Shown in pieces: positions 29,784-38,513 of a DNA stretch of 64,000 nucleotides (its first letter is position 1; every line of letters begins with the position of its first letter). Position numbers and translations under genes: made by a program. The stretch comes from an uncultured virus (IMG/VR IMGVR_UViG_3300010282_000326). Taxonomy: Duplodnaviria > Heunggongvirae > Uroviricota > Caudoviricetes. Under the pieces are notes generated by a model. The model made no database searches and was not told the DNA's origin. It saw nothing but the letters and a program-made list of their open reading frames with translations. The DNA lies in IMG/VR virus record IMGVR_UViG_3300010282_000326. One strand, written 5' to 3'.

Positions 29784-32321
29784 ATGAAACAAAGAGTCTT
29801 GGCAGTTTTCACTGCAGTTATGTTAGTATTAGGCTTGTGTATGACACCCAGTATGGATATAAGTGCAGCTGAAAACTTAGTAACACTTCAAGTCCCCACA
29901 CAGTTTTATGAGTTATCTTTGTATAACTATACTTTTGGTGGAGGTACAGCAGAAAATGTTACTGTTATGAAGTCGGCTGAAAGAAAAGACCTTGTATCTA
30001 CAGATGGTAATTGGCAGGCGAGAGTTGACATTGATGGTAGTAGTTTTACAATAAACTCTATAATTTATCTTGGTGATGAATTAAGTGTTAATATGGTAAT
30101 GCCAGATAAGTTTGATGCTATTTATTGTATTGAGAAAACCAAGGGTGATAATGGTGAGTTTGATATTAAAACTACCCACACTCAAGGTTATGTCACAGGT
30201 GTAACAACAGCATTTGATAAGGAAAATAATGCTGATAGTTCTGCTTATACAACCTTTAAGTTAACTTTACCAGAGCGTGTTACTGTTATAGATAAGAATG
30301 CGTTTAAGAATAACACCAAACTTATTGGGGTAGATTTCAAGGGTGCTATTCAATCTATAGGTAGTGGTGCTTTTTATGGGTGTAATCGTTTAAGAGAAGT
30401 AAATCTTGATGATATGTTCAAAGAGGTTGCTAATAATACGATTCCAAGTCAGTGCTTCTATGCTTGTACAAGTTTATCTAAAGTAACTATTCCAGATTCT
30501 ATTCGTATTATTCAAAATGAAGCTTTTTATCAGTGTGATAATATTGATTATCTTATTCTATCAGATAGATTGAATAGTATTGGTAAGAATGCTTTTGCTA
30601 ACTGTAATAATTTACGATATCTCTTAATCAAGTCAAATGCACAAGATTGGAAAAAGGCTGGTATAGTTAGTGATAATGAGATAACAAAGATTGTTGATGC
30701 TTCTTCAATGAATGTTACTGTTGCTCAGAAGGGTAGAAATACAGATGTAGGTAGATATGTCTATGCAGGAGACATTGAGTATGCTATCTTTGGTAGAGTT
30801 GATTTGGATTTAAATTCTGTCAAAGTTGATAGAGATGGAACTTCTATTAGCACTTCTGCATATAATGATGTAGCTTATGGTTACAGTACTAAGGCAGCAT
30901 ATTTTTCAGTTCCAAAGGGTGCTTATGGTACTTACACTGTTTCTGCTAAAGATATTCTTGGAAATAGTGTAAATAAGGTATTCACTTATGAGAAGGACAT
31001 AGTTGATACAACACCACCAGTTATTAAGATTACTGGTACTGGTACAAATAACTATTATCAAAGTGCGAGAATAGATATCTCTGATGCTGATACTCATGTT
31101 GATTCAATGACATTAAATGGCTCTGCTATGAGTAATAGTATTACTATAACAGAAGAAGGCGAGTATACTGTAGAGGCTATTGATAGCCTTGGCAATAAAG
31201 CAACAGCTTCTTTCATAGTTGATAATACACCACCACTTCTTGATAGTGATGTTAAAGATGGAGAAAAGACAAATAAAAATATAAGTGCTTTTGTTCAGGG
31301 GTATTCAAAGGACATTAAGTCGGTAACGATAAATGGTGTAGAGCATGGTATTAAAGACCCGATATCAATTTATGAAAGTGGTGAGTACACTATAGTTATT
31401 ACAGATTATGCCTTAAATTCTACTAAGATACAGTTTATACTTGATAAGTCTGGACCGACAGCTAATATTATCAATAACAAGATATATAATAGTGAGATAG
31501 ATTTAAAGTTCAGCACTTTATGTGGTATTTCTTCAGCAGTAGTCGATTATACAGCTTCTGATAAGACTTCTTGGTCTAAGGAAGTTAAGGATGGAACAAG
31601 GTTAACTCAGGATGGAAGTTATAAGTTAAGACTTACAGATGCTTTAAATAAGAATAATACTTATAATTTCCAAATTGATAAGACAGCTCCAAAGATAACT
31701 GGTGTAAAAGATGGTCAGACTTATGCAACGGATGTGTCATTTGAGGTAACTGATGACAATATTGACACGATTAGCTTAAATGGTGCAACCACAGGTAAGA
31801 AGAAAACTATCAAGAGTAAAAATGAAGGCTCTTATACACTTATAGCCACTGATAAGGCAGGAAATCAGACACGAGTTAAATTTAAGATAAGTACTGCAAA
31901 GCCTAAACTTAGTGGTATAAAGGATGGTAAGGGTTATAAGAAGAAGTTTACCTTTAAGATTAACACATCAGATATTAAAAAGGTTGTTGTTAATAAGAAA
32001 ACGCAGAAGATTAAAGCTTCTTATACCTTTAAGAAGGTTGGTAAATATGTCATTCAGATAACTAATAAAGCAGGTTCAACTGCTAAATACACAGTCTGGA
32101 TTGATAAGACTAAGCCTACTGTAACAGGTGTTAAGAATGGTGCTTCTTATTCAAAGGCGGTAACAGTATGGGGAAAAGACAAAGGTTCAGGAATAGCTAC
32201 TGTCAAATTAGATAAGAAGTATATAACTAAAAAGACCAAAGTTTCCAAAAAGGGTAAACATACGGTTATAATAACTGATAAGGCTGGAAATAAGCGTACA
32301 GTTAAATTTACAATTAAATAA
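29784..32321 (+). CDS. Secreted BspA-type leucine-rich-repeat protein with Ig-like repeats
   Basis: Signal peptide; TpLRR units (IGSGAFYGCNRL, IQNEAFYQC, IGKNAFANC); repeated D.T.P...G.YT..A.D.AGN Ig-like modules; Lys-rich C-terminus. Confidence 0.88.
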   Translation: MKQRVLAVFTAVMLVLGLCMTPSMDISAAENLVTLQVPTQFYELSLYNYTFGGGTAENVTVMKSAERKDLVSTDGNWQARVDIDGSSFTINSIIYLGDELSVNMVMPDKFDAIYCIEKTKGDNGEFDIKTTHTQGYVTGVTTAFDKENNADSSAYTTFKLTLPERVTVIDKNAFKNNTKLIGVDFKGAIQSIGSGAFYGCNRLREVNLDDMFKEVANNTIPSQCFYACTSLSKVTIPDSIRIIQNEAFYQCDNIDYLILSDRLNSIGKNAFANCNNLRYLLIKSNAQDWKKAGIVSDNEITKIVDASSMNVTVAQKGRNTDVGRYVYAGDIEYAIFGRVDLDLNSVKVDRDGTSISTSAYNDVAYGYSTKAAYFSVPKGAYGTYTVSAKDILGNSVNKVFTYEKDIVDTTPPVIKITGTGTNNYYQSARIDISDADTHVDSMTLNGSAMSNSITITEEGEYTVEAIDSLGNKATASFIVDNTPPLLDSDVKDGEKTNKNISAFVQGYSKDIKSVTINGVEHGIKDPISIYESGEYTIVITDYALNSTKIQFILDKSGPTANIINNKIYNSEIDLKFSTLCGISSAVVDYTASDKTSWSKEVKDGTRLTQDGSYKLRLTDALNKNNTYNFQIDKTAPKITGVKDGQTYATDVSFEVTDDNIDTISLNGATTGKKKTIKSKNEGSYTLIATDKAGNQTRVKFKISTAKPKLSGIKDGKGYKKKFTFKINTSDIKKVVVNKKTQKIKASYTFKKVGKYVIQITNKAGSTAKYTVWIDKTKPTVTGVKNGASYSKAVTVWGKDKGSGIATVKLDKKYITKKTKVSKKGKHTVIITDKAGNKRTVKFTIK

Positions 32322-32328
32322 TTTTTAT

Positions 32329-32367
32329 AAGACATCAGTATTTTGTAATACTGGTGTCTTTTTTTTT
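32329..32367 (+). terminator. Intrinsic terminator
   Basis: aagacatcagtatt-ttgt-aatactggtgtc followed by T9. Confidence 0.85.
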
Positions 32368-32439
32368 GAGAAAGGATTATTAACTTATAAGTTTTATTTA
32401 ATATATTATATGCTTTATTTTTTAAAGGAGGTAAATATT

Positions 32440-34188
32440 ATGAGTATGGCAGAAGCATTATATACACGAAATACAAATGCATCACAAATTTTAAATGAGA
32501 ACTCATTTAAACATTGTAAGCGTAAGTTGTATAATACTTATATTTGCAAAGCACCTAGTGGTTGGGGCTTTGATGGCAGAAATTTTTGTGTACCTAATCA
32601 GATTGAGAAACTTCGTGCTCAAGGTAAGAAATTTTATATACTTGAGGGAGAATGGTTCTTTGTTGTTGATTCTATAGGAAGAATAAAGAAAATAACACCT
32701 CAAGAAGCAGCACAGAAGTATCAATTTTTAAATGGTGGCTCTCCAGTAGCTATAAATATGGAGTCTTTAAACAAGAAGACAAAAGATGGGGTACTTGATT
32801 GGACACTTGTTCAATCTGTTGCAGATAATAGACAGTATTGGGCAGCTTTTGTTCCAAGAACTATACAGTATCAGCAGTTAAATAAAGACCCTAAAGTTTG
32901 TGGTAAGGGTGATTTTTATGTAGTAGCTGATGCAGGTGGAAAGCCAAATTTAACTTATGGTGAGGTTATAAATGGCTTAGCTTTTGCAAAGGAGTTCAAT
33001 AATCAAGGTTGGACTGACTGTATTGACCAGAGAGCAGCAGATGCTATAAATATTACAATAGATAAACTTCCTAAAATACCGAGTGCAAGTTCAGCTAATA
33101 AAGAGACTGAAAAGGTTTCACCAGAAGAAGTTGCAGAAATAACAAAGACTTTAGGTCTTATATTTTCAGCTATATTTATGGCAGAAGGTTTTAAAGTTAC
33201 AGACCAAGGTTCTACAGAGGAGTCAACAAGAAATGGTAAGGCAAGATTAACTGTAGCTGAGGCAGACAACAGTAAGTCAACAACTATTTTCTTAACTTTA
33301 GATTCTAAGGCTAATAAGTTAAATATTAAGTGCAGAAGAGATGGTAAGGATTTTGATAAGACTTACAATTTAAGTGTTGATTCTCAGCAAAAGTTGAATG
33401 TAATATTCCTTTGTGCTTATCTTGACTTCTGTAGTTTATTTAAGATGACACCTTTTAGATACATTACTAGACCTCGTTGGTTGGCACAATGTGTAAATGG
33501 AGCAGAAGGTGAATATGCTTTAAAGGTTAATCAGAAGTCTTTTGAGAATGATTTTGCTGAAAATAGCAGTGCTTCTGCAAGATTCCAGTTAGGTATTTTT
33601 AAGGGTAATGCTTCTCAGCCAGTATCTGTTTATAATACTGAAATTCGTGTAAACCTTAATAAGGCTAAGATAAAAGAGCTTATAGATGATGTAAAGAAGA
33701 CAGGTACTATTCATCCTACATTGGAGAAAGAGTCTTTTATTATCAAGCTTAAGGTTGCAAATGCACCAGTTCAGCAGATTGGTGTTAATGAAGTATTAAA
33801 TCTTCGTAAGCTCTTATTAAGTGGCTTTTTAGCTGAGAGACAAAGACAGGGTGCATCAAATGCAGTACAGCAGGAAAAGAGAAGCCGAATTGGGGGTACT
33901 GATATATCAGCAGTATCTCAGATGTTAGAGTCTACTGGCATCAGACTTTTACCAATGAGGAGAGGTGAAGGTACTTCTTATCGAGTAAGATATTCAGAGG
34001 AATATTTAAATAGTATTGGCTGTGATTTGAATAAAGTTAATAGCTTGAAGATAAATTTCCGTTATGATGAAGCTGAAAATGCATATTTAATATTTATATT
34101 AAATGAGCAGACAGGTGAGAAGCTTCGTGAAGCAGCAACTTCTGATGGTGAGTTAGTTAAAGCTATAAAGAATATTCCTTTACGCTAG
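32440..34188 (+). CDS. Hypothetical protein, paralog of the 26138 ART protein without the ART domain
   Basis: Shared N-terminal motifs C.RKLY..(F/Y)IC, FVP, G.GDF.V, NG..F..E.NN..W; SD aaggagg. Confidence 0.8.
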   Translation: MSMAEALYTRNTNASQILNENSFKHCKRKLYNTYICKAPSGWGFDGRNFCVPNQIEKLRAQGKKFYILEGEWFFVVDSIGRIKKITPQEAAQKYQFLNGGSPVAINMESLNKKTKDGVLDWTLVQSVADNRQYWAAFVPRTIQYQQLNKDPKVCGKGDFYVVADAGGKPNLTYGEVINGLAFAKEFNNQGWTDCIDQRAADAINITIDKLPKIPSASSANKETEKVSPEEVAEITKTLGLIFSAIFMAEGFKVTDQGSTEESTRNGKARLTVAEADNSKSTTIFLTLDSKANKLNIKCRRDGKDFDKTYNLSVDSQQKLNVIFLCAYLDFCSLFKMTPFRYITRPRWLAQCVNGAEGEYALKVNQKSFENDFAENSSASARFQLGIFKGNASQPVSVYNTEIRVNLNKAKIKELIDDVKKTGTIHPTLEKESFIIKLKVANAPVQQIGVNEVLNLRKLLLSGFLAERQRQGASNAVQQEKRSRIGGTDISAVSQMLESTGIRLLPMRRGEGTSYRVRYSEEYLNSIGCDLNKVNSLKINFRYDEAENAYLIFILNEQTGEKLREAATSDGELVKAIKNIPLR

Positions 34189-34284
34189 GCTATAGTTTCG
34201 TTATAAATTTAAGGTAATCACTGATTTATATAATGTAAATCAGTGCTTATTTTTTGCACAAATAAAAATTAAGGAGTTGTTGTT

Positions 34285-35565
34285 ATGAAAATAAAGGTTG
34301 TAGGTGTTACAAAGGAAGATGACATAAATTTGGAAGAGAGTAAGATTTTCTCTGGTCATCAGGCTGGGATTTGTTACATGGAGAACAATTATGATTATCT
34401 TAATGATGCAGAAAAGAATTTAAAGAGATTTATGGGAACTTGTAAAACTGGTCACCATAGTGTTGCAGACCATGTTCAAGTTACAGTTGTTCTTGAAAAC
34501 ATATCTAAGATGCTTGCAATGGTATTAAACTCTTTGGGGTACTATGCAACTTCTGAAAAGTCAGGTCGCTATACAAGTATGACAGGAAATTCAGAAGCAG
34601 AAGTAAAGTTGTATGAAAAGTGGTTAGATATATTTTCTAAGAGGATAGCTGAGTTAGAGCCATTTTTAGATGAAAAATCAGTTGATAAACTTGCAAAAGA
34701 GAATGCTCGTTATGTACTTTCAGTATTTACAAGAAGTACTACAATGTCTTACACCACTTCTTTAAGACAATGGAATTACATCTATGATTGGTGTCAAAGG
34801 TACATGGAAAAGTATAAAGAGCTTTCTAATAATAAAATATTTACTATAGATAATGCTGAAGCATCATTTTATGAAGCAAATCTGTATTATGATTTTAAAG
34901 GTTTATCGGAGTTTATTAAAAGTAATCTTTATATAGATAAACTTCGTGATACTAAGAACAGACATTTTGATTTTCTTGGTGACTTTAGTGGTGCAGATAT
35001 TAGACCTATAACTGAATATAGAACAGCTCAGTATCAGTTTCAAGATGGTGTCATAGATACTAGTGTTGAAAATGATGATAGACTCGATTTTAACTATTCA
35101 GTCAGTTATTTTGCATCTTTTGTTCATTTAGCACAGGCTCAAAGACATAGAACAATAAGTTATTGGATGCTTTTTAACCCTTATGTGACTAATGCATATT
35201 TTGTTCCACCTATTATTAGAAATACAAAGTATGAATTAGATTGGATTTCAGATTTATCTAGTATATCTGAAATTGTACCTCAGGCTACTATATTTCCAGT
35301 TGTAGAATGTGGAACTCTTGATAAGTTTTTACTTAAGTGCGAGGAAAGATTATGTGGTAGAGCTCAGTTTGAAATTATGCAGCAGACTAAGTGGACTGCC
35401 GAAAGATTTATTAAAGTTTATAATGAACTTACACCGATTGCTCAAAGTTATGTTGCTATGTTTATGAAACTGAATGGCGATATAAAAACTAAAGGCGAGT
35501 TATTGTGTAATTGTAGTGAACCTTGTAGATTTGGATGCTATGGAGCATTGGATAGAGTTCTATAA
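34285..35565 (+). CDS. thyX: Flavin-dependent thymidylate synthase (long, two-domain type)
   Basis: GHHSVADH, SEKSGRY, ENARYVL, SLRQW, QAQRHRT, RLCGRAQFEI. Confidence 0.85.
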   Translation: MKIKVVGVTKEDDINLEESKIFSGHQAGICYMENNYDYLNDAEKNLKRFMGTCKTGHHSVADHVQVTVVLENISKMLAMVLNSLGYYATSEKSGRYTSMTGNSEAEVKLYEKWLDIFSKRIAELEPFLDEKSVDKLAKENARYVLSVFTRSTTMSYTTSLRQWNYIYDWCQRYMEKYKELSNNKIFTIDNAEASFYEANLYYDFKGLSEFIKSNLYIDKLRDTKNRHFDFLGDFSGADIRPITEYRTAQYQFQDGVIDTSVENDDRLDFNYSVSYFASFVHLAQAQRHRTISYWMLFNPYVTNAYFVPPIIRNTKYELDWISDLSSISEIVPQATIFPVVECGTLDKFLLKCEERLCGRAQFEIMQQTKWTAERFIKVYNELTPIAQSYVAMFMKLNGDIKTKGELLCNCSEPCRFGCYGALDRVL

Positions 35566-35592
35566 TATATTAAGCAATTTTGGGGACAGAAG

Positions 35593-36357
35593 ATGAAAAG
35601 GCTTGGAATAGAAATTGAGTTTACTGGTTGCAAAAGAGAAGTAGTTAAGGAAAGCCTAGAAAACATTTGGGGTAGTAAAGCAAGAATTTTAACTGGAAGT
35701 AAAACTGATAATCCTTATGAGTATTATAAAGTAAAGGATAAAGATTCTTATGAGTGGACTATACTTAGGGATAGGAGTGTTCGTGCAGAAGTTCAAGGTA
35801 GTTCTGTAGATGACAATATTTATTGTTGTGAATTAGTTAGTCCTATTTTAACAGCGAGTTCATTGAAAACGCTATTTGAAGTTACTGATATTATAAAAGC
35901 TCTTGGGGGTATCACTAATGAGACTTGTGGTGTACACATTCATATTGATAAACCTGAGAATTTTAATGACCTTTTAAGTTTGTTGAGAAAATGGATAATA
36001 GAGCAAAATGAAATTTATGATTTTTTCTCTGTTGCCGATTGGAGACGAGAAAAGTATTGTAAATTATATAAGAATTTTCCTTTACTTACTACTTTCAGAG
36101 ATGAAGATGCTCTTATGAGCTTTTTATTTGGAAAGTATTTAGATAAAGATGAGGAAAAAAGAAACCTTAGATATTTTGGTTTAAATCTATATAGCATTTA
36201 TACCCATAATACTGTGGAATTTCGCATATTTAATGGAACTTTGGATAAAGTTGAAATTGCGAAGATTATAGATTGGGTTTTACATTTTTGTTATAATATA
36301 AATGATATAAGTGATTATATGCCAGAATTAGGTAAGGTCTTATATAGTATCATGTAA
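35593..36357 (+). CDS. Putative amidoligase (COOH-NH2 ligase type 2)
   Basis: LGIEIEF, DRSV, ELVSPIL, TCGVHIHI, RYFGLN, TVEFRIFNGT. Confidence 0.85.
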   Translation: MKRLGIEIEFTGCKREVVKESLENIWGSKARILTGSKTDNPYEYYKVKDKDSYEWTILRDRSVRAEVQGSSVDDNIYCCELVSPILTASSLKTLFEVTDIIKALGGITNETCGVHIHIDKPENFNDLLSLLRKWIIEQNEIYDFFSVADWRREKYCKLYKNFPLLTTFRDEDALMSFLFGKYLDKDEEKRNLRYFGLNLYSIYTHNTVEFRIFNGTLDKVEIAKIIDWVLHFCYNINDISDYMPELGKVLYSIM

Positions 36358-36786
36358 TTGGAGGTTAGTTTTTTGAATCGAAAGTTTTGTATAGCATCTT
36401 TAATTGTAGATAGCTTTATTTTATGCTTATCAATATGTATAGGTATCGCTTCTAATATGCAAATAAAGAGTTATGATAATCCAGATTATTCTTATGCTAA
36501 AGTTTTATTTTGTTCAAAGCAAGCTAATAGAGATGGTAAATATAGTTTACAATTAGAATATCCAGATGCTGAAGGTAGTTTACATAGTGTTATTGTAAAT
36601 GGAAGTAAGAAGAAATTTGCAGAAGGCGAAGAAGTCCTCATAATTTATAATGCAGATACACCAGAGGATTTTGAATGGGGTAGTAATCTCTTTATACCTA
36701 TTTATATTCTTGGTGGACTTGGTATTGCAAGTCTGATTTGGCTGATGGTTATTCTAATAGTTAAACTTAAGAGTTCAGCTCGTTAA
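36358..36786 (+). CDS. DUF3592-like membrane protein
   Basis: TM, beta-rich domain ending GEEVLIIYNADTPE, then TM. Confidence 0.6.
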   Translation: MEVSFLNRKFCIASLIVDSFILCLSICIGIASNMQIKSYDNPDYSYAKVLFCSKQANRDGKYSLQLEYPDAEGSLHSVIVNGSKKKFAEGEEVLIIYNADTPEDFEWGSNLFIPIYILGGLGIASLIWLMVILIVKLKSSAR

Positions 36787-36825
36787 AATAACTTTTAGAA
36801 ATTTTAACTTTTTCATCATATTGTG

Positions 36826-36854
36826 TTGACAAGGCTTAAGTCTTGTGGTATAAT
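36826..36854 (+). promoter_or_regulatory. Consensus sigma-A/70 promoter for the RNA operon
   Basis: TTGACA-17 bp-TATAAT with extended -10 TG. Confidence 0.9.
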
Positions 36855-36873
36855 ATGTCTTGTAAATGAATAA

Positions 36874-36944
36874 CGCAGGTTAGAGGAGAGGAACCTTGTA
36901 AGCGTCATAGGCTTAAGACGGCAGTTCGAGTCTGCCACCTGCAA
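36874..36944 (+). tRNA. tRNA-Met(CAT), initiator-like, CCA not encoded
   Basis: Acceptor cgcaggt/acctgca (C1:A72 mismatch); D arm gagg/cctt; anticodon arm taagc-gtCATag-gctta; T arm ggcag-ttcgagt-ctgcc. Confidence 0.85.
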
Positions 36945-36978
36945 TTTTTGAAACTTTATTCCTTAAAAGTTTTTTCAT

Positions 36979-37470
36979 GTGGCAAACGGTTGAGTGCGAT
37001 GTTAATCGTACTCAGCCACCTCCTTTGTACCCACCCGAGATTCGAGTTCGGTAAGATTCCGAAGAGACTTTAGTCTTAATGCTTACAGTGGGTTTTATAA
37101 GATTTAGTTTGTCCCTCACAATTTACGAGGCAGATGACCTCTATTGAAGTTGTGAAAATAAACATAAATATAACTTAGCTGATATGATAAAGTATAGTTA
37201 AATCAGCAGTTAACTGGCTTATAGTTGGTGAAGATTATTTCACAACCATCTCATACATTCTTGAGAAAGGGTGCAGCTTACACGAGAAATTCGTTAAGTT
37301 TATAATCGGATGCAAGGTAGACCTTACAAGGCTTGTCTAGGTAATACTAGTCGATATCCTAGTGTAACTATTGACAGTTACAATTTTGTTACTGACAGTT
37401 GGAAAGACAACTATTGGAAGAACAAATGTCCAGTAATCAACACATGGGTAGTTGGCTGACTTTAAAGCTA
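36979..37470 (+). ncRNA. Unassigned structured RNA(s) between the two tRNAs
   Basis: No ORF, raised GC, a continuous run of hairpins and long-range pairings. Confidence 0.55.
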
Positions 37471-37474
37471 TTTT

Positions 37475-37546
37475 TCCTACATAGTTTAATGGTAGAGCAC
37501 TTGACTGTTAATCAAGGAGTTATTGGTTCGAGTCCAATTGTAGGAG
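37475..37546 (+). tRNA. tRNA-Asn(GTT), CCA not encoded
   Basis: tcctaca/tgtagga acceptor, G73; cttga-ctGTTaa-tcaag; attgg-ttcgagt-ccaat. Confidence 0.95.
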
Positions 37547-37645
37547 TTGCCGATTTGTCAGTTTGAACGAGTCGGTTGAAGCCCATGCTCTGAGGGAAAT
37601 GGGGTAGCACATAGGGATATGTGTTAGATGGGCATTATGTATTTA

Positions 37646-37825
37646 GGAAACCTGCAGAGTAGTGATTAAGGTGCAGGACAAGGCGGTTTGATGAGGGTTG
37701 ATTCCGCTCAGGCAGTTGGAAGACTGTAATAATGTTTTTTGGGAGTCTGCAAGTTGGTAATTAGGTGCAGAACAAGGCGGTTGAAATGTGGGTTGTTTCC
37801 GCTCAGGTAGTTGGAAGGCTACAAT
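37646..37825 (+). ncRNA. Tandem pair of ~85-nt structured RNA motifs (period ~95 nt)
   Basis: Two imperfect copies of ctgca..tgcag / acaag / gcgg..ccgc / tcag / GGAA-capped stem, with a compensatory change. Confidence 0.65.
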
Positions 37826-38070
37826 GTTACTTATTCTTGCAAGAATAAAGGGTTTTTACTTGGCAGTTGGATAAAGGGAATTTCGCACCATTTGTATGGT
37901 TAGACTTGGAAGGTTGGGTTCTGAGCTGAAGAAATCGCCCTCGTCACATCGGGAAGGTCGATGAGGTAAAACTGTCAGTTCCAATGCTTACATTGGAGGT
38001 TCGGATTCCTTAAGTCCAGATAATAAAGGGCTGGCTAGGATGAGATGGATAGCCTAAGCCAGCCCAACAC

Positions 38071-38421
38071 GGGGTATTCAGGTTTCGACAGGGATTTGAA
38101 GGCTTATTCTACACTTAGGTTGGTAACCTTTAATAACCAAATAAAATAAACGCTAACGATAGAGTAGCACTTCAGGCAGCAGCGTAGTCTGCTAGTCAGA
38201 GCCAAAAAGGTAGTCGGGTGACTAGACTATTTGAGGTTCAAAAAAAGTCACTTACTGTTGAATTCCAGATTCTTTAAGAAAGCGGAGATGTATGCAAAAT
38301 CGGTGCAAGGTCATACGAGTGAGTGCATAGGAAGAAGTTAGACACGAAGACTGAGAGATGAGTGTAGTAAGGGATATGCTAGTAGGATTTTTGGACAGGG
38401 GTTCGATTCCCCTATACTCCA
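38071..38421 (+). ncRNA. ssrA: tmRNA
   Basis: 5' ggggtat..tttcgac and 3' gacaggggttcgattcccctatactcca with G3.U70; tag frame 38152-38187 encodes ANDRVALQAAA*. Confidence 0.95.
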
Positions 38422-38452
38422 TTTGATATTGTCATATTTGTTTTCCTTTCTT

Positions 38453-38485
38453 GGAGTTTGGATAGAAATATTCAAGCTCCTTTTT
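38453..38485 (+). terminator. Terminator closing the RNA operon
   Basis: ggagtttggata-gaaa-tattcaagctccttttt. Confidence 0.8.
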
Positions 38486-38513
38486 CAGTTCAGCTATAAA
38501 CTAAAAACTATTC

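Noticed and set aside
37017..37026. 16S rRNA gene remnant
   Set aside because: Only the 10-nt anti-SD matches; the upstream sequence lacks the conserved 16S 3' motifs such as GTCGTAACAAGG.
37646..37825. Canonical tandem glycine riboswitch
   Set aside because: Has a CUCAGG-like element but lacks the CCGAAG pairing strand and any downstream protein gene; kept as an unassigned motif.
36950..38070. RNase P RNA, SRP RNA or hammerhead ribozyme
   Set aside because: No GAGGAAAGUCC, no SRP domain IV CAGG-GNRA-AGCAG hairpin, and no complete CUGANGA/GAAA core found by eye.
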